From Anolis carolinensis (lineage: Eukaryota): a stretch of DNA of 64,000 nt. Both the position numbers and the translations under genes were made by a program. Of this stretch, positions 51,058-61,036 are shown piece after piece. The notes beneath the pieces were generated by a model, which saw nothing but the letters and a program-made list of their open reading frames with translations, was not told the DNA's origin and ran no database searches. Position 1 is the first letter of the stretch, and each line of letters opens with the position of its first letter. The stretch is from the NCBI RefSeq assembly GCF_035594765.1, contig NC_085842.1, forward strand, positions 23,040,782 through 23,104,781, in the 5' to 3' direction.

Positions 51058-51770
51058 ATAAATATCAGGATTCACAGCAAAAAGAACTTACATGTCCTTG
51101 AAGGATCCTCTGCAGGGAGGCTTTTTGGATCCACAAATTGAAGACCTTAACCCCACAAGGCCTAAACGATAGGCTAGATCTCACCTGCTTCTTATAATGG
51201 GATAAAAAAATACTTAAGTCTTTACAGAACTACTGCTGAATGCTCGCAACCTGAGGTAGAACACTACATGTAAGGATCCTCCAAGGACATGTAAGTTCTT
51301 TTTGCTGTGAATCCTGATATTTATATACTATATTAGATATTATTGGGGTGTATTATACATGTCTATTTTTAGTATGGTTTGTATTATTTCTAGTATGGTT
51401 TGTATTATTTTGAATCAATTTACATTTAATTCTATGAAAAGAAATAAGACAGCAGAGCAGCAAACAGAGGGAACTCCAGGATTACCTGAAGAAGGTCTAC
51501 CTGAAGAAGGTCACCGAAACTGGATGCATACCCGGGAGACCAGTCGTTACTATTGACATGGAACTTTGTTGCTATTGATATGGAACTTTGATTTACTATT
51601 GACATGGAACTTTGATTTACTTTGAATGATCGAATTTGAAGAAGAGTACTACAAACCTTGAGAACACTATCAAGATTGTATTTGTTAAAATTGGACATTG
51701 AAATATGTACTTATCTGTACAGTTGGAATATATAAATTGATATTACAGTCATAATATATGTGATTATATC
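51058..51770 (+). mobile_element. Penelope-like element (Neptune-type GIY-YIG end) with 5' inversion and hammerhead-like motif
   Basis: REAFWIHKLKTLTPQGLNDRLDLTCFL* at ~51114-51197; 52-bp inverted repeat 51058-51109 / 51273-51324; CTGAAGA..GAAA ctgg..ccag TC at 51501-51545. Confidence 0.7.
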
Positions 51771-53173
51771 ACTTGAGAAAATATAGAACTATAACTTACT
51801 TTAAAGTACAATATATACCATTCTTTTCCTTTTTTCCTTTTTACATGTGGATCAGCAGCCAAATACAGATTGAGCATCCCAGATCTGAAATTCCACAATC
51901 TGAAATAATAGAAAGTTGTCCATATGGGCAGCTGAGAGAGTGACACCTTTGCTTTGCAATGGAACAGATGGTTTTCTAAATGCTAATCACACACACACAC
52001 CCAGTGCTAGGAATCATGGGCATGGAAAGGCACACATTGAGTATCTCTTATCAGGAAATACGAAATACTCAAAAATTCAAAACTCAAAATTGTCCACAAG
52101 GGTGACTAAGATAGCGACATCTTTGCTTTTGTAGGGTTCAATGTACACCAACTTTGTTTCAGGAACATTATTTAATATACTACATATAAAATATCTTCAG
52201 GCTATGCGTATAAGGTGTATATGGAACATAAATGAATTATGTGTTTAGACTTGGGTCCCATCTCCAAAGTATCTCATAACGTATTTTAACTGCTATGGAT
52301 CAATGCTATGGGATCATGGGAGCTGTAGTTTAGCTTCTATAAAAGAGTGTTGGTAGCACACCAAACTACAAATTCCAGAACTCTGTAGCATTGAACTGTG
52401 GCAATTAAAGTGTGTCAAACTGCACTAATTCTACAGTGTAGATGCAGCCTTGCTGAGTGCCAATTTTGGCTTCTTTTCAATGCTTCAAAAAACATGGCTT
52501 TACATTCAATCTTTATTCCACATGTGCAGTTTGAAAGTACAAGCCCCCATCTACACTAACCATTTAATACAGTTCAAAGCTAGTTTCAATCTGTGACAGC
52601 TAGAAAACAAACACCTATGGAAAAAAGCCGGAAATGTGCAGCAAACCCACTTTATTCAATACTGCTTTGAAACTGCATTAAATGGTCGGTGTAGATGGGA
52701 CCTTTGATTCCTGTTTTCATGAAGAATACATTCCTCGATGGAGAACGAGTACAAAAAATCATGGATAATTCAGGAAACGATTAAAAGAAACAATTTCCGG
52801 TCCCAGCATACCACGGATATCGTTCCTGCAGTGAGGCGGGTTTGACTGTTTTTGAGACTTTAAAATCTGCTTCAACCTGGCATGAAATAGTTAAAAACCT
52901 TTAAAATGTGTTGAAATGAATATGGCTTTTCTTTGTTCAGTTATGTTTGTTGAGAATGTATAGGTTGCAACCAGCCTTTTGAATGTATTGTATCTGGAAA
53001 TGCACCAGTAGCCAAAGAAGTAAGGGGGTTACATGTTTAGAGAACTTGAGTAGTGCCCAGAAAGACAGAGAAAGGGGAAGGGTCTCATGTACACGTTCCC
53101 AAAGGCTGAGGCATCTGGAGAGCTCAGAGGTTGCAGCGCCAGAGGTTGGGCAGAGGCGGAGTCACCAGCTGCT

Positions 53174-53205
53174 TTCCTGGAAGAGAAAGGCTGAGAAACG
53201 AAAGT
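53174..53205 (+). promoter_or_regulatory. GAS plus ISRE upstream of TRIM copy 4
   Basis: TTCCTGGAA (53174-53182) and GAAACGAAAGT (53195-53205), 50 nt before the ATG. Confidence 0.6.
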
Positions 53206-55439
53206 AAGGCTGTTAACTTTGTCTGGTCTTTGGGGTGGAGAAGCATTGGCAGCCATGGCCTCTGGAGACCCTGTGAAGAAGCTCTGCGAAGAACTGGCCT
53301 GTCCCATCTGCTTGGAGTATTTCAAGGAGCCTGTGATCCTCTCCTGTGGGCACAATTTCTGCCAATCCTGCCTGGATCAATACTGGGAGGAGAAAGAAGC
53401 CTCCTGCCCACAATGCAGGGAGAAAGTGCAGGGAGGGGACATCAGGCCAAACAGGCAGCTGGCCAATGTTGTGGAGCTAGTCAAGGAATTGGGGAGCCAG
53501 AAGGCGGAAGAGAAGGGGAGAGTCTGCCAGAGGCACCAGGAGCCCCTGAAGCTCTTCTGCAAGGACCACGAAGCCCCCATCTGTCTGGTGTGCGACAGAT
53601 CGAAGGAGCATGAAAACCACAAAGTGATCCCTCTGGATGAAGCATCAAAGGAGTACAAGGTAGGAGGAGGTAAAATCAGGACCCCTAACAAGGTGTTGTG
53701 GTGCATCCCCACCCCACAATACAGGTCTGTGGTTGGTGGTTCCATATTTCTCCAATCCATAGCATTTAGCCCTGGCAGTTAAAGTGTGTTAACTCTACAG
53801 ACATGGTCCGATTGAAGGCTGAAGCATGAGGTTTTTAGACAAATGGATCTAATTTACATATGTTTTAATTGTTATAATGTATTTTAATGATGTATTTTAA
53901 TAGTTTTAATTGATTATACGTACTGTTTTTGTTTTATTATTATGTTCTTGGCATTAAATATTGCCAACTGTTGTAAGCCAACCTGAGTCGTCCCCCCCCC
54001 CCCCCCCCCGGTGAGAAGGGCGGGTATAAATGCTGGAAATAAATGGCCCATGAGGTCTCTTCCAACTCTACTATTCTATGATTCTATGAAATAAATAAAT
54101 ACAGTGTAGCTGCACCATGAGACTTGAGCAGCAGACAAAATAAGGTCCCTGACCATTAGCAAGAACTTCCTGATGTCAATAACTGTTTCATGATTGAATG
54201 TGCTGAATCTAAGCATATTGGAGTCTCCTTATATTTTAGAAAATTTTAGGTTAAATTAAACTGACATGGGAAGCAGGAATAAGAACGCTTTGGTGTAGAA
54301 TATATTGGATTTTATTGCACAAACCTACTAGTCCACTGCACTTCGGTTCTCACTGACAGCAGAGCCATACGGAATTGAGGACGTTAATATCACACTTTTC
54401 TTCCTTGGCTTAGTTCTGCCAATTCAGCAATTCATCAGTGCAGTTTTGCATACCCTGGAAACCCATACTTCAGCCGATCCTTATTATTTCAGTGCAATTT
54501 GAGGAATTGATTTGTGTTTTAGAGCAGTTTTATTTCATGTTTTAAACTTTGAAAAATAACACAGGAAAATATAACTGTGAAATATTGCATTAGCAAGGGA
54601 GAGTGGAAGGAGTGAAGGGGAAGAGAATCCCAGCTCCTGATGTGATTTTGCTCCCATCTTGCTGGCTCAGAAGGGGACCCATTGCATCAAGGGAAGTGAC
54701 AGGACCGTTGTGGGATTGTGAACTGTAGGTTGGTTTTCACTGACAATAACATGGGATGGGATAATCATGGAGAGGAGGCAAGACGGCAGCAGGATGAACA
54801 TGGCATCATGCAATAGCGATGCAGTAGTTTGCCTGTCTCCTGTGATAGCATCCATCATGTACATCTCCAAAATAAAATTGATTAGTACAGGAATAAAACC
54901 TGGGATTTTCAGGTACTGTACCTTTTATGTCTAGAGAAGTTTTTTTGAGTAAAGAAAATTGTGGAAGCAGTATTAGCAAAAGAACAGAGGTCTGCCAGTA
55001 GAGGTCAACATTGTCCAAAGCTCCCATAAAATTCAATAAATGTGGTATGGTTGACGGCATGATCTTGGAAACCATTCTAAACCTTGAAGAAAAGCAGTGA
55101 CCAAGAACTTTATTTTCATCTTTAGGATCAGATTTGGAATTTTCTGGAGACTCTGAAGAAGGAAAGAGACATTCTGGCCCACAAAGCAGACGCAGCACGG
55201 GAAAGCCAGGATTTGCTCGTAAGTGGCATTGCTACTGAAAAACGAGAATGTATTATAGCCTTGAATGTGAGTCTGAATAAACTGAATTCATTTTGTCAAA
55301 ACTATCCCACATTATAAGAGACCTGATAGCCTACAGAAAATATTGCCCTAAACCTATTCAAGTGGCTAGCCCTTGTAGGTCTTCATAAAGCACTTTCACC
55401 ACTAGATATTGACATTTTCTTTCTGAAGAGATGTAAACC

Positions 55440-56299
55440 TGTGATGACTCATGGGCCTTGTAGTCCTGTTCCTAGTACTATTGCGACAGACGAAGAGGAA
55501 AACATGGGATTTTTGCCGGTTCAGCCAGAGCCGGAGCCTCCTCAGTCTCCTCACCTGCAGGATGTTGATGTTTGTCCTCAAGAATCCAGCCAAACAAGCC
55601 TTGGGCAGAATTCTCCCCCGTTTTCCCGAAAGGACAATTATAATAGAGATAGAGGGGCGAGGGAGGCTAATCGCCGGTCTCTCAGAATCGCAGCCAGACA
55701 ATTAGCTGATTAAGCCTGTTTCCCTTGGGAAATTCTAAGGAGTCATGCATCTGGACACAGTTTGGGTTTCACTTCTTGTTCTCCAGGGAAAGTGTTCCTT
55801 GGCGGGAAAACAAGATCCTATATAGGTGTTTTGCCGCAAGGGGAACCTTGCGGAGTCAATTCGTCAGCTCGAGGAGTGAGATCGTGTGTGACTCCAGTTC
55901 CTTGTTTCCCGGATCAAGTTCAAGCCTGCCTTGTTTCGCGTTTGCCACGGACCTTGTTCTTGCTTCTTGTTTTGCCTCGTATCAAGTCTTGTTTGCCAAG
56001 AATCCAGTTTGTTCTCTAGCCTTGTTGTCAAGCTTCAATGGACTAAAAGACCTTGTCATCTCCCCACACTATTGCTTGGCAAAGTGTGTGTTTCGGTTAA
56101 TGGATTATAACTTTGGACTCTAATATCTCATATTGGACATTATTTTCCTGGACTATATTTGACCTTTCCTGAAAGGTCTACTTCTGAAGTTTATTCTTCA
56201 CTTGTTTTTATTGACTTTATATATTCCTAAAATAAAGATATTAGATAGAATCTGGCCTCTGCGCATGGTTATTGGTGTTCTGTAGCCTGGGTCCTGACA
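55440..56299 (+). mobile_element. Solo LTR E (860 bp, Gypsy-like) in intron 2 of copy 4
   Basis: TGTGATGAC...CCTGACA, TSD AAACC (55435-55439 / 56300-56304), TATATA at ~55819, AATAAA at 56232; ORF 55441-55713 ending RRSLRIAARQLAD. Confidence 0.92.
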
Positions 56300-56759
56300 A
56301 AACCCCACTCCAAAAGAATGCGGAGAATTCATTCCAAAAACCCTCTCTCTGCCTCTCTCTCCTGTTTCTCTTTTCCAATATTCTAGGAGAAAACCCAAAG
56401 GGAGAAGAAAAAGGCTGTGGCTGCATTCAGACACATGCATCAGTTTCTAGAAGAACAAGAGAGGAATCTGCTGGCAAAAATGGAAGAGGTGGAGAAGGAG
56501 ATTTCAGTCAAAGGGGAGGAACATCTGGCCAGACTCTCTGAAGAACTCTCCTCTCTCTCGAAACTCATCCAAGAGATGGAGGAGAAGCATCAGCAGCCGG
56601 CAAGTGAACTCCTCCAGGTAAGGCCCATCTTGTTCCCATGGGTGGCTGAGACAGTGACACTTCAGTTTTCTCATGGTTCTATGTACACAAACGGTTGTAT
56701 GACATTAATTTTATGCTGTGTTTAGAAGGCAAATAAGAAACAAATGAATTTGAGACTTA

Positions 56760-57880
56760 CTTGGGGTCCATCTCTAAAAGATCAGATATTTATTTCATTA
56801 TTTACTGTCTTGATTCTAATGTTTTTTTTAATACTGGTAACCAGATTTTGTTTATTTTCATGGTTTCCTCCTTTCTGTTGAAATTGTCCACATCCTTGTG
56901 GATTTCAGTGGCCTCTCTGTCTGACATTATAGATGTTGGAGTGGTCCAGCATTTCTGTGTTCTCAAATGATGTGTGCCGTCCGCCAGACAATAAAAAAAA
57001 CTATAAAGCTGAAACGTGCCGTCCTTTATCCGGGCGAACTGCAAATCCCTATAAGCTGTCCTAAAAATATTGAACGACTGAGTCTGGAAAACTTCAAAAA
57101 AAAAGGATGTTTATTCATACAAAGTTGTAAACTTGCCACAGATCTTAAAGTTACAGAAAATGAAACACATTTCTATAGGTTTTAGTTACAGAATTATCCC
57201 TGGTTCCAGAAGGCAAAGGTGATTATAAAACCACTACACCCTAATCACGCTGTCTATAATAGAAGGAGAAACTCTTTCCTTCCCTATCTTTACAGCAAAG
57301 ATTAGTTCTAGAAGCGACGGAATAACCTTGCTCCTCTAATTAGATTTTCTATTCCAGATCAGTATAATTCAATACTTATCTAATTTGGATAGGCTTAGAT
57401 TGGCCTGGTTTTGAGGATGATTTGTCCCAGTTAGCTTTGCACAGCTGCAGCACATTGGAAGACTATAGCCAAAATGAGGCTCCAAAATGGAGACTAGACC
57501 CTGGTTAAAAAAGGGCGGTCCTAAGATGTTGTACTCTTTGACCAATCATTGCAAAGAAGACTGCAGCCAGCTCTTGCAGACTCCAAGCCACCTTTCCTGG
57601 GCTTTTGCAGCCAGAGGCTGAAACAAAATGTAAAGGAGGGAAAACAAACAAACGACCAATAGGTAAGGCAAACCATCGTCCTGGGGGACGGAACAGATGT
57701 GCTGTGTCCAGGTTGGTTCATCAAGTGCTCTGCTATGGCTGACTTCTCTGGTTGAGTTAGTCTGCAGTGCCTTTCATGTCTGGATAGGGACCATCGAATG
57801 CAGCAATGTCCAGACACGAATCAAACAACATGAAAGGTACTGCAGACTAATTCAACCAGAGAAGTCAGTTATAGCAGATT
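56760..57880 (-). mobile_element. Penelope GIY-YIG fragment with an inverted piece, interrupted by an LTR
   Basis: HERHCRLTQPEKSAIAEHLMNQPGHS ... REATEIHKDVDNFNRKEETMKINKIWLPVL on minus; inverted copy at ~57800-57880. Confidence 0.8.
56973..57695 (-). mobile_element. Solo LTR with a 4-bp TSD (ERV-like), 723 bp
   Basis: TIR TGT(G/T)CCGTCC, TSD GATG (56969-56972 / 57696-57699), minus-strand AATAAA at ~57110. Confidence 0.75.
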
Positions 57881-58194
57881 CCTAATATATTGGGGCTTGC
57901 ATTTGACCAGTGTTTTGATGGCTCGGCAAAAAGCTGCTTGCAAAATAGTGCCAGTGGTTACATAGATCTACTTGTCTCCTCCTTAGTTTGTGGAGGGAGG
58001 GCTGCTTTGCCTGCCTGGGTTTGTCAGTGATTTGTTTTAGTTGGATGCCCTGTTTTTTTCAGCTGTATGAGAATGATCTCTGCTGAGTTCTTTCTTCCTT
58101 TCCTTCATTTACAGGATACCAGAAGCTTCTTACAGGGGTAAGTTAATTTCCTCTCCTCCTCCCACTAAAGCTCAGATTTGCACATGAAATACAT

Positions 58195-58934
58195 TCTCAC
58201 ACTCCAAGTCAGGAACCCTTTGACTGTAAACAGCACACCAGGTTGGTAAAACCAGCAAGCAGGTTATTGTAGAATATATAAAGGCAAAGCAATAGAAAAT
58301 AGTAGAAAAGAATCAATCCAAAAGTATCCAAGATTAACTATAGAGTTTCAACAGAAAATCAAATCCACAGTTTCATAACAACTCCATGAAGCAGGGCACA
58401 AGAAACCAGGAATCAATACAGCAAAGTCCCATAGGCAAACTTGAACTTGATAATATTTTGATATATGAAGCACTTGAAAGCTAGACCGACATGGTTCAGA
58501 GACGTTGACTCAACTGAAAACCGAAAGTACCATAAACCCTTTCCAAAATCCATGACTGAGAGAAAAAAAACAATTCTTTTTTCCTTTCCCACTACATAAT
58601 TGGCTGTTATCTCTCTTCTGTTGTAAACGAGCGAAGCGTCTGAGATGCTGAATGTTTTGCCTGTACTTATTAAAACTCTGCCTTCTAGCAAAGGTTTCAG
58701 TATCATTGCCACCTGGGAAAACAATCTCAGAAGCGCTTTCAGGCTGTTATTCTCAGGTCTGTTATTATTCTGTTATTCTCAGGTCTCTCATTTGAACTTA
58801 GCTCCAGCCCGAGCCCATCAAAAGGAACATCATCAATCTGAACATCCTGAACATCATTCCCACCATGAACATCGGACACAGGCTGAACAGGAACATTAGG
58901 CACAATCACAGGCTGAGCAGGCTGACATACAACA
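58195..58934 (-). mobile_element. Solo LTR F (740 bp) in intron 4 of copy 4
   Basis: TSD TACAT (58190-58194 / 58935-58939); starts TGTTGTATG on minus; acidic ORF, frameshifted at a small tandem duplication near 58745-58790, continues ETFARRQSFNKYRQNIQHLRRFARLQQK. Confidence 0.8.
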
Positions 58935-60580
58935 TACATGACTCTCAAAAGCAGCAGGGCACCGCAGGAGTCTGTGTTTGGCTGGTGTTCACAGGCAGAA
59001 TTGGACTTGATGGCCAACGAGACCGCTTCGATTCTATGATTCTGTAGAGCATCTACACTCTAGAATTAATGCAATGTGATAACAACAACAACAATAACAA
59101 CAATAACAATGATTTGTTATCCACCTCTCCTCACTACTCGAGGCAGGACACAATCCAGCCAAAGCACACCACTTACATGCCATAAAATATGTACATTACA
59201 ACACACCATTGCAAAACATATATATTAAAATACACAATGCAAAGATTAAAATGCAGTACCAAGATAATGTAAATTTAAAGTTCACGGTTTAAAATTTTCT
59301 TGAACTGATATGGCTCAATGCTCTCGAATCTACCAGCACTCTTTGGCAGAGAAAGCCCCATAAAAGATTGCATAGCACTGAGCCATGGGAGAGTTAAAGT
59401 GGCGTCAAACTGCATCCTCTGATATTGTTCTTTCTCCTCCAGGTATTAGAATAAGGAGAAATCCGAGACTTCTGCAGCCTTTCCTCCTGCCCTGAAGTGG
59501 AAGATCTGGGACGTCTGTGATATCAATCCCTTTCTGGAGGGTATCATGAAGTCATTCAGGGGTAAGGGAGAATATCTGCAAGAATATGTGAAACAAAATT
59601 GTATCAGTTTGCTTTGTTGATTTTTTTTTCTTTTCCATTTTATTTCAAGTGTGGAATCACATTTCAGTTGTGAAGCAAAACAAAATGAAAATGTAGAGGG
59701 CCCTGACCAGGCTTACTCTGGTCCATGTGAAGATTGGTTGAGTACAAGTTATACATTAGGAAAAGCAAATGCTGTGGGGCACCCATTTCTTTATCAGCAA
59801 TCCATAGTATTTCATGATCTTCATTCAAAGGTGAATATGAACATTGGACAGCCAGCCCACCCGCATTCACAGGGCTTAAGGATGTGGGATCTCCCAGAAA
59901 TAGGGAAAAATGTGGATGAAAAAAATCTGAGAGAATCCACTCAAAAAATGTCTGGGGGCCCTTCTACACTGCCATGTAATCCAGATTATGAAAGTAGATA
60001 ATCCACATTATTTGCGTTCAACTGGATTATATGGGTCTACACTGCCATATAATCCAATTCAAAGCAGATAATCAGGATTTAATATGGCAGTGTAGAAGGG
60101 GCATAGGTTGCCCCGTGAGATATTGACCATCTGAAAGAAGTTGCACTTGGAGGACTAGAGATTCTTAGAGAGGCGTTTCCTGTAGGGATCTGTAGTTTCC
60201 CAGGTTGACCCTATAGCCAACTTCCTGGAGCAGTTTACAATTGCATCACACTGGAGGACGTGGAGACTCTTAGAGAGAAGATTTTAATCAATGAGACGTA
60301 ACTCTCAGTGAGTGAAGTCCCACTACGTCTCTTGGGTGCAGGATCTCAGCCCTCCTGTGTTGTTTCCTCCTGGGTTTCTGAGAGTCACCATGTTGTGTTG
60401 AGCCTCACTTTTTCCTTTCTCTCTCCAGCCTCTCTGGAATCTGGGCTTCAGCAGGAAAAAGGTAAACAAACAAACAGATGGGTTCATAGAGCATTGCATT
60501 GAGGCTGTGAGAGTGGAAGGTGGCCAATTTTACCCAGTGGGTAACACTGCGTAACCCTTAAATCACTATTCCACTCTGGA

Positions 60581-61036
60581 TTATTTATTTATTTGTTTTG
60601 GTTTTTTTACAGTATTTATATCCCTCCCTTCTCACCCCAAAGGGGACTCAGGGTGGATTACAGTGAATTTATATATGGCAAACATTCAATGCCATCAGAC
60701 AAACAAGATACAGTATAGACACACACAGAGGCATTTAACATTTTCAGCTTCATGATTCTGGCCACAGGGGGAGCTGTTGCTTCACAATCCACTAGTGACT
60801 GTACTTCCTCATTCCTTTCCGGCATGTTGCTGGCAGTTTTATGGTGTTGTAAATAAGTTAAATCAGCCTCTCACATAAAGCCTACTTAAATTTCCTACTT
60901 GACAGATGCAACTGTCTTTCGGCTGCTTAGGTAATGGTCGGGGGGCTTAACCCGACCCGGGCTTCGAACTCATGACTCTCAGTCAGTAGTGATTTATTGC
61001 AGCTGGTTACTAGCCAGCTGCGCCACAGCCCAGCCC
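60581..61036 (-). mobile_element. tRNA-derived SINE with an L2-type tail
   Basis: Minus-strand head gggctgtggcgcagctgg...gagttcgaagccc (A/B boxes) and gtaatccaccctgagtcccc...(aaat)n tail; absent from copy 1 intron 6. Confidence 0.75.

Noticed and set aside
59443-59449. Rescue of the copy 4 stop by using the TAG as an alternative acceptor
   Set aside because: It would remove 7 nt and shift the frame.
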